From: Elusimicrobia bacterium CG1_02_56_21
Lineage (GTDB): Bacteria; Elusimicrobiota; Elusimicrobia; Elusimicrobiales; UBA9959
DNA: 64,000 nt
NCBI GenBank assembly: GCA_001871115.1
Contig: MNUR01000129.1
Location: 3,869 to 67,868, forward strand
Direction of reading: 5' to 3'
The translations under genes were made by a program, and so were the position numbers. Below, one piece after another: positions 17,916 to 25,978 of this stretch. Within the stretch, counting starts at the first letter, position 1. Every line of letters starts with the position of its first letter. The notes under the pieces were generated by a model. It was not told the origin of the DNA. It saw nothing but the letters and a program-made list of their open reading frames with translations, and did not search any database.

Positions 17916-18395
17916 ATGATACAGAAAACCACTTTGCCTAAAGCCGATACGGCCGAAAAAACCAGGAAATGGCATTTCCTAGACGCTTCCGACCAGGTAC
18001 TTGGCAGGCTTTCCACAAAAATAGCCGTCCTCCTGATGGGCAAGCATAAGCGCGACTTCTGCCCCAATGTGGATTGCGGCGACTTCGTTGTGGTGACCAA
18101 CACCGACAAGGTGCGGATCACCGGGAACAAACTGGAGGACAAGTTCTACTTCCGTCACTCCGGCTACGCCAACGGCGCAAAAACAATCCCCTATAAAAGA
18201 CAGATGGACAACGATTCCACCCGCGTAATGGAACTGTCGGTCAGGCGCATGCTTGACGACAACAACCTCCGCGGCAGGCGCATGAAGCGCCTGCGCATCT
18301 TCGCCGGAACGCAGACGCAATTCGCCGCAGCGAAAACCGCCAAGCCTGCCGCCGCCAAAGCTGCCGGCACCACAGAAACAGACATTAAGGAATAA
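17916..18395 (+). CDS. rplM: 50S ribosomal protein L13
   Basis: KWHFLDASDQVLGRLSTKIAVLLMGKHK, typical L13, with a short Ala/Lys-rich C-terminal extension. Confidence 0.95.
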   Translation: MIQKTTLPKADTAEKTRKWHFLDASDQVLGRLSTKIAVLLMGKHKRDFCPNVDCGDFVVVTNTDKVRITGNKLEDKFYFRHSGYANGAKTIPYKRQMDNDSTRVMELSVRRMLDDNNLRGRRMKRLRIFAGTQTQFAAAKTAKPAAAKAAGTTETDIKE

Positions 18396-18401
18396 GAGAC
18401 T

Positions 18402-18800
18402 ATGGAAAACAAGAACCTCATACTGGCCACCGGTCGCCGCAAAACTTCCGTGGCGCAGATTCGCATGTCGCAGGGCGGCGAAGGCAAGATAACCATCAAT
18501 ACCAAGACCCCCGAAGACTACTTCGGCAATACCCCCAGGCTTAAGCACGTAATAACCACCCCGTTCGACTACACCAAGGACCAGAAGTTTGACTGTGTGA
18601 TAAAGGTCAACGGCGGCGGGCTCTCCAGCCAGGCCGGCGCGATACGCCACGGCATATCCCGCGCGATAGCCAAGCTCGGCGACAGCTTCCACGCCTCCAT
18701 GAAGAAGGCCGGGTTCCTTACCCGCGACTCCCGCATGGTGGAAAGAAAGAAGCCCGGCCAGCCCAAGGCCAGGAAACGCTTCCAGTTCTCCAAGCGCTAA
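18402..18800 (+). CDS. rpsI: 30S ribosomal protein S9
   Basis: GGGLSSQAGAIRHGISRA, C-terminus KARKRFQFSKR. Confidence 0.95.
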   Translation: MENKNLILATGRRKTSVAQIRMSQGGEGKITINTKTPEDYFGNTPRLKHVITTPFDYTKDQKFDCVIKVNGGGLSSQAGAIRHGISRAIAKLGDSFHASMKKAGFLTRDSRMVERKKPGQPKARKRFQFSKR

Positions 18801-18822
18801 TCAAAGCTTGGCGTACTGCCAG

Positions 18823-18856
18823 CCGCGGGAGGCCCACAAGCCTCCCGCGGTTTTTT
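18823..18856 (+). terminator. rho-independent terminator after rpsI
   Basis: ccgcgggaggc / gcctcccgcgg 11-bp stem, 6-nt loop, then TTTTTT. Confidence 0.85.
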
Positions 18857-18879
18857 ATGCCGCGGCAGACCGCTTCCTG

Positions 18880-18908
18880 TTGCCATATCGGGAGATATTA
18901 TTTATCAT
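18880..18908 (+). promoter_or_regulatory. candidate promoter TTGCCA-N17-TATCAT
   Basis: -35 at 18880..18885, -10 at 18903..18908. An ATG lies exactly 7 nt downstream (18916). Confidence 0.45.
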
Positions 18909-18915
18909 TAACCCT

Positions 18916-18957
18916 ATGAAAGGAATACCCCGGGGCAGGGAGTACGGCATCCGATGA
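18916..18957 (+). CDS. candidate leaderless 13-codon mini-ORF (MKGIPRGREYGIR) overlapping the next ATG by ATGA
   Basis: ATG 7 nt after the -10. The stop TGA 18955..18957 overlaps ATG 18954..18956 of the 181-aa ORF. Confidence 0.2.
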   Translation: MKGIPRGREYGIR

Positions 18958-19499
18958 GCGGCCTCCGGAGATCTTGGCTCATGCTCACGGACGCGCGTAT
19001 TAAAGCCGTCCTGGGGGCCATAGGCGCCTCCGGCCCGGGCCTCGGGGAACTCTCGGCCGATCCCGGCGCCGCCCCTGCGTTCTTCAGGCCGCTCAAAGCC
19101 CGGCTGCAGGCGGCTTCCGCCGCCCCCCCCTCTTCACCCGCCTCCTCACAGGCGCTGAGCGCGGCCGGCGAGTTCACCGGCCGCCTGGAGAAATTCTTTT
19201 CCGATCTCGCCCTGCACGGGACCGCGCCTGACAAAGCGGTCGAAGAAGCCCTGCTGCGCCTGCAGGGGGCCTGCGGCGAAGCGCCCGCACTCCTTTCGCC
19301 CGGCGGCCGCGCCGGCGCCTCAGCCCGCATAAGGGGACTTGCGGCAGGGGCCCATAAAACCCTGGCGCTGGCCAGGGCGGCGGCGGAGGCGGCTCCGGAT
19401 AATTTTCCGCAAAATCTCAAATTTAGTAGTATATACACCGGGCTGGACGGAGCTTTTGACGCTTATGAAAGCTGCGCCGAGGCCCTCTTTAAGTTATAG
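18954..19499 (+). CDS. hypothetical Ala-rich protein
   Basis: 181 aa in the same orientation as, and 9 nt upstream of, the 5'-nucleotidase gene. Preferred over the antisense ORF 18914..19438, whose composition (R/A/P/S-rich) looks like a shadow frame. Confidence 0.4.
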   Translation: MSGLRRSWLMLTDARIKAVLGAIGASGPGLGELSADPGAAPAFFRPLKARLQAASAAPPSSPASSQALSAAGEFTGRLEKFFSDLALHGTAPDKAVEEALLRLQGACGEAPALLSPGGRAGASARIRGLAAGAHKTLALARAAAEAAPDNFPQNLKFSSIYTGLDGAFDAYESCAEALFKL

Positions 19500-19508
19500 G
19501 AGCTCCCG

Positions 19509-21062
19509 ATGAAAAAACTTCTAGCGGCCGCGATTCTGTTCTTCTCTATTCCCCAGGCCTGGGCGCTCACCATCTCCGTGTACCACACCAGCGACGTGCA
19601 CGGCTGGTACTCAGCCCGCCCGGCCAAGTGGGACAAAGCCAACCCGGCCCGCGAAATAGGCGGCTTCCCCGCGCTGGCCTCGCTGGTTGAAAAAGAAAAG
19701 AACCCTTACCTCCTTTTAGATTCCGGCGACATGTTCCAGGGAACTCCCGAAGGCAATTTCACCAAAGGCATGGCCACGGTGGCGCTTATGAACAAGCTGG
19801 GATATTCAGCCGCCCTGGTCGGGAACCACGACTACGATTACGGAGAGGAAAGCCTGAAAGCCATGATCTCCAGCGCCGCCTTCTCCATGCTGGGAGCGAA
19901 CGTCTACCTCAAAGAAGGCGGCGGGGCCGTCTCCTACCTGAAGCCTTACATCATCATTGAAAAAGCGGGCAGGAGAATAGCCGTGCTGGGCATAGCCGGC
20001 AGACATACGGCCACCTCCACCCTGCCGGCCAATGTGAAACATATCGATTTCCGCGACGAAAAAAAAGAAGCGTCTAAGTGGACCGCCGAAATAAAGAAAC
20101 AGAAACCCGACGCCATCATAATCCTCGCGCATCTTGGAATAGGCGGGGATACGGCAGGAAGAAAAACAGAAATTTCCACCTGGACCTTCACAGCCAGGGA
20201 CTCGGACTTCGGGACTATCGGCATAGCCAGGGCCGCTGCAGGGGCGCAGGCCGTGATGGGCGGGCACAACCACGCAGGCCTCTCCCATGGCTGGTACGAC
20301 AAAGAAAGCTCGACTCTTATTCTTGAAAGTTTCTGGGGACTGACCGACGTGACAAAACTGGACCTGGAATTTGACGACGCTACCGGTTCTTTTAAAGACG
20401 CGAAGGCGGAACTGATCCCTCTCTGGACCGACAAAACGGGAGAAGACGAGGCTGTAAAGACGCTTATAAGCGCCTTTACAGTAGAGGTAGACAAGGAAAT
20501 GGGCAAAGTGATCAGCGAAAGCTCCGTCGATCTGGAGAAATCCGGCGCGGGCCTGGACTCCGACATCGGCAACTGGTTCACCGACGCTATGCGCCGCCAG
20601 GCGGGAACCGACGTAGCTTTCCAGAACACGGCGGGGATCAGGTCGGAGCTGAGGAAAGGCCCCGTTAAAATACGGGACATCTACCAGATAATGCCTTTTG
20701 AAAACACCCTGGTGAAGCTGACCATGACCGGCGAACAGATAAAACGCCTGCTGGCCGACAACCTCCCGGGCGGCTTTTCCAAACTGCAGGTTTCAGGCCT
20801 CACCATAAGCTACAAGTCCCCCGGCAGGACCGCGAAAAACATAACGCTTGCGAAGGACGGAAAGCCGGTAAAAGATACGGACAAACTGACGGTTGCCACC
20901 AATAATTACCTGACCACCGGCGGGACCGGCGGAAAAGTTTTCAGCGAGGCTGAAAGCTCTGAAGACACCATGATGCCTATCAGGGACCTGCTTCTCAGGG
21001 ACATTAAGGCGAACCCGGTTAAATCCGCTCCGGTACGGGGCAGAATAACACAGCTGGAATAA
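19509..21062 (+). CDS. secreted bifunctional metallophosphatase / 5'-nucleotidase (UshA family)
   Basis: Signal peptide. Metallophosphatase motifs YHTSDVHGW, LDSGDMFQGT, GNHDYDYG, GGHNH, plus a C-terminal 5'-nucleotidase substrate-binding domain. Confidence 0.85.
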   Translation: MKKLLAAAILFFSIPQAWALTISVYHTSDVHGWYSARPAKWDKANPAREIGGFPALASLVEKEKNPYLLLDSGDMFQGTPEGNFTKGMATVALMNKLGYSAALVGNHDYDYGEESLKAMISSAAFSMLGANVYLKEGGGAVSYLKPYIIIEKAGRRIAVLGIAGRHTATSTLPANVKHIDFRDEKKEASKWTAEIKKQKPDAIIILAHLGIGGDTAGRKTEISTWTFTARDSDFGTIGIARAAAGAQAVMGGHNHAGLSHGWYDKESSTLILESFWGLTDVTKLDLEFDDATGSFKDAKAELIPLWTDKTGEDEAVKTLISAFTVEVDKEMGKVISESSVDLEKSGAGLDSDIGNWFTDAMRRQAGTDVAFQNTAGIRSELRKGPVKIRDIYQIMPFENTLVKLTMTGEQIKRLLADNLPGGFSKLQVSGLTISYKSPGRTAKNITLAKDGKPVKDTDKLTVATNNYLTTGGTGGKVFSEAESSEDTMMPIRDLLLRDIKANPVKSAPVRGRITQLE

Positions 21063-21063
21063 A

Positions 21064-22536
21064 ATGGGAAAACCGGCCGGTATAAACACAGCCCTGCTTT
21101 CCCTGCTTCTGCTGGGCGCGGGGGCCTGCGCAAAAAAAGAGCAGATAGTGATTTTTGCCACGGGCCGCGCCCAGGGCCGCCTCTGGCAGGAAGCCGCTCA
21201 GGGTTCGGCCCGGAACACCGGAGGCCCCGCGGTTTTTAAAAGCCTTTATGACGGCGAAAAACTCCCCAAGCTGGCGGTGGACACCGGCAACTGGTTCTCA
21301 GCTACCCGGGAGGGCCGGCTGACGCGCGGAAAATCTACCCTGGCCTGCCTTAACGCCGTACCGTACTCGGCGGCGGCGGTGGGACTGGAGGACCTTTCCC
21401 TGACCCCTGCCGAACTTCAGAAATTATCGGAATCCTCGGCGCTGCCGCTGCTGGCCTCCAACGTCTACCTTAGAACGAATACAAAACCGCCCTTCCTCCA
21501 CAGTTCCCGGATAGTGGAGGCCGGCGGGCATAAAGTCGGTTTTTTCTCTCTCGTTATTTCCTCCCCCACCGCGCCGAACAGGCGGACCTACCTCCCGAAG
21601 TACAAGCTCGAAAAAGAGACCTATGACGCGCAAAGAGCGATAAAGGCGCTGAAGAGCGAAGGCGCGGAACTAATAGTAATGCTCCTGAGCGTCAACCCCG
21701 GGGAGGAAGCCTCGCAGGACTTTTTCCGCGGACTGCTTGCCAAACTGCCCAGAATAGACCTGGTGATAACCGACGAGCCCGCGGTGAAAAAACCTTTCAA
21801 GGCCCACCGGGCCTGGATAGCCGGAGCCGGGCTTGAAATGTCCTCGGCAGCCAGGCTGGTGCTCACCCTCGACCAGGCCGGGAAGATGACCGACCTGGAC
21901 TGGAAAGAGATAGAGCTCAACCCTGAAAAATACGGCGAAGACCAGGAAATACTTAAGCTTCTGGAAGGCTACAGGAAGTCCTCGGCTTCCCATTTTTCCA
22001 GGCGCGTCGGGTTCCTGAACGCGGCCCTCCCCCTGACCGAAAACGACACCACCCCGGCGGCGGATTTCGCCGCGGACTGCATCCGGCGCTGGGCCAGGAC
22101 CAATGCCGCAATAATCTCCCGCAAAGAGGCGGCCGCCGGTTTTTCAAGCGGCACCGTCACCCTGGGCGAGCTCCATTCGGCTTTCCCCCTGGGATCCAGC
22201 ATCGTTTTTGTAAAAATACGCGGCGACGCGCTGGAGCGGGCGCTGACGGGACTGCAGGCCTCCGAAATAAGCGTCTCCGGGCTGCGTCTTTTTGTCAGGG
22301 ACGGGGCCCTGGATCGGGCTGAAACCGAAACCGGGCCTCTCCGCCAGGAACATATCTACAGGCTGGCCGTTCCAGACTCCCTTGTAACCGGCAGGGAAAA
22401 CCCGCTGCTTTCGAGCGCTATGGAATTTGCGAACTCAAGGCGCTCGCTGCGGGATGTGGTCGGGTGGTGTTTCGCAAGACAGAAGTCTTTTTCCCGGCCG
22501 GCCGGCGGCAGAATAATGCAGTCCGGTGACAAATAA
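21064..22536 (+). CDS. 5'-nucleotidase-family paralogue with degenerate metal-binding motifs
   Basis: Same two-domain layout and signal/lipobox (LLLLGAGAC). The positions of DxH / GD / GNH(D/E) read FATGRAQGRLW / VDTGNWFS / AVGLEDLS. Confidence 0.6.
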   Translation: MGKPAGINTALLSLLLLGAGACAKKEQIVIFATGRAQGRLWQEAAQGSARNTGGPAVFKSLYDGEKLPKLAVDTGNWFSATREGRLTRGKSTLACLNAVPYSAAAVGLEDLSLTPAELQKLSESSALPLLASNVYLRTNTKPPFLHSSRIVEAGGHKVGFFSLVISSPTAPNRRTYLPKYKLEKETYDAQRAIKALKSEGAELIVMLLSVNPGEEASQDFFRGLLAKLPRIDLVITDEPAVKKPFKAHRAWIAGAGLEMSSAARLVLTLDQAGKMTDLDWKEIELNPEKYGEDQEILKLLEGYRKSSASHFSRRVGFLNAALPLTENDTTPAADFAADCIRRWARTNAAIISRKEAAAGFSSGTVTLGELHSAFPLGSSIVFVKIRGDALERALTGLQASEISVSGLRLFVRDGALDRAETETGPLRQEHIYRLAVPDSLVTGRENPLLSSAMEFANSRRSLRDVVGWCFARQKSFSRPAGGRIMQSGDK

Positions 22537-23123
22537 TGCTTCACGCAATCGCCGATTTTTTCTCCACCTGGATGGGCAGACTCAAGGCTTTTTCAATGCT
22601 GGCCGGGGCCTGGGGCGTGCTCTTCAGCGTTAATTCGCTTATCGGCTTCCAGGCCGGTTTCGAATACGACGACGGGCTCGTCTACTCCACCCCGGCTTTC
22701 CAGGCGGCCGCAAAAGACAAAGCTCCCGCGGACAGCCCGGACTACTGGAATTCTGTCAACCGCTCTTTCAGCTACGAACGCCTTAAACCCGTCCCCTGGA
22801 TAACAGCCTGGACGCTGAGAGCACTCGGGATTAGAATATCTTTTTTCTGCGACCGCGGCAGCGAGGGAGCCGACAGCCTGGAGGCCTCCTGGAGAAACCT
22901 GGCTGATCGTTTCTACTTCACAAAAACCGAGGACGAGAAATACAAAATACTGGAACGCAATAAATTTATCCTTTACGCCGCGGCCTCTGACTCCGGAATT
23001 ATACAGGCGAAAAAAGCCGGAGTAATTCCTCTGCGTCTGAGGAAAAGCAGGAAATCCGTTAACCCGCTGGCGAGCACCCCCGGCAAGTTAGGCGAAGTAA
23101 CCCTGCCTCTCTCCGAGTTCTGA
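22536..23123 (+). CDS. class B acid phosphatase (AphA)-like HAD protein, catalytic Asp motifs altered
   Basis: TAATG overlap with the upstream gene. GFEYDDGLVYSTPAF, ISFFCDRGS, ILYAAASDSGIIQAKKAGVIPLRLRKS and a C-terminal LPLSEF parallel E. coli AphA (GFDIDDTVLFSSPGF ... IFYGDSDNDI ... GIRILRASNS ... NSEY, recalled from memory). Confidence 0.55.
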   Translation: MLHAIADFFSTWMGRLKAFSMLAGAWGVLFSVNSLIGFQAGFEYDDGLVYSTPAFQAAAKDKAPADSPDYWNSVNRSFSYERLKPVPWITAWTLRALGIRISFFCDRGSEGADSLEASWRNLADRFYFTKTEDEKYKILERNKFILYAAASDSGIIQAKKAGVIPLRLRKSRKSVNPLASTPGKLGEVTLPLSEF

Positions 23124-23266
23124 ATCCGCGCCCCGCCCGCCGAAATCCGGTATTGTTAAAACCCGGCCGTTCAGAAGCAGACCGCGAACGGCCTTCCTGC
23201 GCCCGATTAATGCCCGGCTTCAGAGGCGGCAATAGTGAGACCGCGCGCTTTTTTGTATCATAGCTT

Positions 23267-25015
23267 ATGCCCAGGTTTACGGCGGAACTCTTCTTTTCAT
23301 GGCGGGGGATAGCTATCCTTGCTTCGCTTTGTTTCGCGCTCCTGAATTTCGGTTCCGGGCCTTTTTTCCAGCCGGTTAAAACAAAGTGGAGCATTCAAGA
23401 AGACCTTACCGGGATGAAAATCCCTTCTTATAAAAAAGTCGCGTCAGCCGCAATCGGACCTTCTGCGGCAGGCACAATAATCGGAACGGGCGGACCTGGA
23501 TGGGGGCAGTGGAATTTCTCATCCCCCGGGCCCCTGCCGACCACCGTCCAGCCTTTCTTCCTGCCGCCCGCCGGCTCCGCTTCCGGCGTATACCTGCTGA
23601 CCGGCGAGGGCAACAGGGTTCCACTTGCGGAGAACCTGCCCCTGCGGGGCAGGGCCATTAATTTCCAGGACAAAGTAAAAGGGCTCCGTTTTTTTTCTAT
23701 CAGGTTCGAAGGGACCGGCGCGGTCCTTTCCGGAGTCAGGTTTATCCAGGCCAGCGGACCCGGCGTATCGGAGAAAGGCCTTTTCCTGGCCTTGTTCTGC
23801 CTGGCTCTGGTACTTGGAAGGGGCCTGCTCCCGGGGGAGTACCAGACCGCGGCCATAGCCCTTATAACCGCCGCCGGGCTTCTTCTCCGGTGGGCGGCCC
23901 TGACACACTACTGGGACGTGCCGCTGGAGGGCGACGCGGCCGGGTACTGGGGCCTTGCCCGGGCCTTAAAATTCTCCAGCCCGCTGGCGAACGACACGAG
24001 GGAACCGGTCTTTATCTGGCTGCTCCGGCTGGGCGAAACGCTGTTCGGAGACTCCCAAAGAAGCGCCAGGTTTATTTCACTCCTATTCTCCTGCGCCGTT
24101 ATTCCCCTGACCTGGGCCCTCGGAAAACGCCTCCGCCTGGGCGCCTGGGCTTGCCTGCTTGCGGCCGGGCTGGCCGCCTTCAACCCTTTTTCTGTTTTCA
24201 TGGCCACTCAGGGGCTTCAGCTGGAACTGTTTACTTCCCTCATCCTCGTTTTTTCCGCGCTCTGGGTGAGCGGCAGCCTCGTGCCAGCGGGCGCGGTCGG
24301 GGCGGCTTTGATACTTACCCGGATACAGTCGGCGGCAGCGGTATTCCCGCTCGCGGCGGTCTACGCGTGGAACCTCCGGGGCAGGGCTGCGAAAATTATT
24401 CCGTACCTGGCCCCGCCGGCTCTAGCGCTGGTATTGCTGCTCGCGTCCGCCAAAGCGAATACCGGCAGTTTCACGGGCAACCTGGACCACGCCGCCAGGT
24501 ACTACACCGCCGCGGAATTTAACGGGGACCCGGCCATAGGAAAAGGCGCGGAGAACATGACCCTGGGGAAATATCTGTTCGCGGGGGATGCCGTCCCGCG
24601 CCTCGCCCTTAAAACCGTCACCGGATATTTTCAGATCCTGTGCAATCCCTTCAATCCCTTCAACCGTATCTTTCTCAACTCGCACTATTCCAAAGCCTGG
24701 AACCTTTTGCTTTTCCCTTTTTTCTGGGCCGGGCTATGGGTCTTTTTAGCGGACTCCCGCCTGCGCGCCGCCCTTTGGCTCCCCCTGCTTTTTTTGAGCG
24801 CCCTGCCGGCCCTGCAGGACCAGTACAGGGAGCCGCGCCTGCTTTTCCACGCCGCGCCGTTCTTCTTTCTCCTGTGTGCCGCCGGAGTAAAAAAGGCGCT
24901 CTCAGCCGCAGGGTCCGCTGCCCGAAACCGGGCCTGGCCAGGCTCCGGCTCTTCTGAGACCCCGCCCCCTCCCGGCACGCCAGCTAAAAAGCCGCCGGCC
25001 GGCCTGGAAGTCTGA
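23267..25015 (+). CDS. polytopic membrane glycosyltransferase (GT39/ArnT-PMT-like)
   Basis: 582 aa with more than 10 TM helices. A DAAGYWGLARAL loop follows the first membrane block, as in ArnT/PMT-type enzymes. Pro-rich C-terminal tail. Confidence 0.45.
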   Translation: MPRFTAELFFSWRGIAILASLCFALLNFGSGPFFQPVKTKWSIQEDLTGMKIPSYKKVASAAIGPSAAGTIIGTGGPGWGQWNFSSPGPLPTTVQPFFLPPAGSASGVYLLTGEGNRVPLAENLPLRGRAINFQDKVKGLRFFSIRFEGTGAVLSGVRFIQASGPGVSEKGLFLALFCLALVLGRGLLPGEYQTAAIALITAAGLLLRWAALTHYWDVPLEGDAAGYWGLARALKFSSPLANDTREPVFIWLLRLGETLFGDSQRSARFISLLFSCAVIPLTWALGKRLRLGAWACLLAAGLAAFNPFSVFMATQGLQLELFTSLILVFSALWVSGSLVPAGAVGAALILTRIQSAAAVFPLAAVYAWNLRGRAAKIIPYLAPPALALVLLLASAKANTGSFTGNLDHAARYYTAAEFNGDPAIGKGAENMTLGKYLFAGDAVPRLALKTVTGYFQILCNPFNPFNRIFLNSHYSKAWNLLLFPFFWAGLWVFLADSRLRAALWLPLLFLSALPALQDQYREPRLLFHAAPFFFLLCAAGVKKALSAAGSAARNRAWPGSGSSETPPPPGTPAKKPPAGLEV

Positions 25016-25142
25016 TAAAAACGCAGAATCGGCAAAAACGGGCCTGATTTAAACGGGTTTTAGTCCTCCAGGGCCTATTCAGGAAAAAACCGGGGTTTTA
25101 AGCCCAAAAACGGCCCAAACCCGGTAAAATACTCCTACCCCA

Positions 25143-25171
25143 TTGCCCTCCCCCTATATAAAATATAAAAT
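25143..25171 (+). promoter_or_regulatory. candidate promoter TTGCCC-N17-TAAAAT, with ATG 7 nt after the -10
   Basis: -35 at 25143..25148, -10 at 25166..25171. The HIT ATG at 25179 is preceded by ataggca (no SD). Confidence 0.5.
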
Positions 25172-25178
25172 ATAGGCA

Positions 25179-25520
25179 ATGGCGGACTGTATTTTTTGCA
25201 AGATAGCCGCGGGGGAGGTAAACGCGAAGGTCGTTTACGAAGACGCGGACACCCTTGCTTTCCTGGACCTTAATCCGCAGGCCCCGGCGCATGCGCTGAT
25301 AATTCCCCGCAGGCATCTGCCGCGCCTGGCCGCCGCGGAAGATATTGACGCCGGATTGCTGGGCAAGCTTCAACTGACGGCGGTAAAGACCGCAAAACTG
25401 CTCAAGATAGAAACCGCTTTCAGGCTGGTCACAAATAACGGCAAAGCCGCAGGCCAGTCGGTGGATCACCTTCACTACCACCTCCTCGGCGGAAGAAAGC
25501 TGCTCTGGCCCCCGGGCTGA
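25179..25520 (+). CDS. HIT family (histidine triad) nucleotide hydrolase
   Basis: MADCIFCKIAAGE N-terminus and HxHxHxx motif VDHLHYHLLGG. Confidence 0.9.
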   Translation: MADCIFCKIAAGEVNAKVVYEDADTLAFLDLNPQAPAHALIIPRRHLPRLAAAEDIDAGLLGKLQLTAVKTAKLLKIETAFRLVTNNGKAAGQSVDHLHYHLLGGRKLLWPPG

Positions 25521-25572
25521 AGCCGAAAAGATTTTAAAGTTTTGACTTGCATACCAGAAGGTGGTGATTAGC

Positions 25573-25764
25573 GTGGTATATATCAAAGTAAGAGACGAAG
25601 AATCCATAGAGGAAGCCCTCAGGCGCTTTAAGCACGACTGCGAGCGCAACGGCATCCTTAAAGAAATAAAGCGCCGCGAGCATTACGTTACGCCCGCGAT
25701 GAAGCGTAAAGTAAAGTCCGCGGAAGCCCGCCGCAAAGTACGCAAAGGCAGACGGTCGTACTAA
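25573..25764 (+). CDS. rpsU: 30S ribosomal protein S21
   Basis: GTG start at 25573 with AAGGTGG 8 nt upstream. VYIKVRDEESIEEALRRFKHDCERNGILKEIKRREHY is the S21 signature. Confidence 0.9.
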   Translation: MVYIKVRDEESIEEALRRFKHDCERNGILKEIKRREHYVTPAMKRKVKSAEARRKVRKGRRSY

Positions 25765-25782
25765 GGGACTGCTACACAAAAG

Positions 25783-25810
25783 GCCGTCCGCCTTAGGCGG
25801 ACGGCTTTTT
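25783..25810 (+). terminator. rho-independent terminator between rpsU and dnaG
   Basis: gccgtccgcc / ggcggacggc 10-bp stem, 3-nt loop, TTTTT. Confidence 0.85.
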
Positions 25811-25823
25811 GCCTATTTAACCT

Positions 25824-25858
25824 GAATTCCGCAGCGGCGGAATTCCCCGCGCAGCGGG
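25824..25858 (+). other. two adjacent GC-rich hairpins in the rpsU-dnaG spacer
   Basis: gaattccgc-agcg-gcggaattc (25824..25845), followed immediately by cccgc-gca-gcggg (25846..25858). Confidence 0.5.
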
Positions 25859-25978
25859 CGGAGGGCCAGGCGCTATGCGCGACAGGCCCGACGAGGTATG
25901 CCTCCCGAAGGGCGCCCGCTATGCGGGCGGGAAACTTCAGCAGGAGTTTTCAGGCTAACCGAAGGTGCGTTACAGATA

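Noticed and set aside
18914-19438. 174-aa minus-strand ORF competing with the 181-aa plus-strand ORF 18954..19499.
   Set aside because: The minus ORF would run head-on into the rpsI terminator and has shadow-frame composition. The plus ORF is co-directional with the cluster downstream and sits behind a promoter-like element. Neither has homology support, so confidence in the plus ORF stays low.
23124-23266. ttttttgTATCATagcttATG upstream of the GT39-like gene as another leaderless promoter.
   Set aside because: Only 5 nt separate the hexamer from the ATG and there is no -35. The gene start itself is uncertain.
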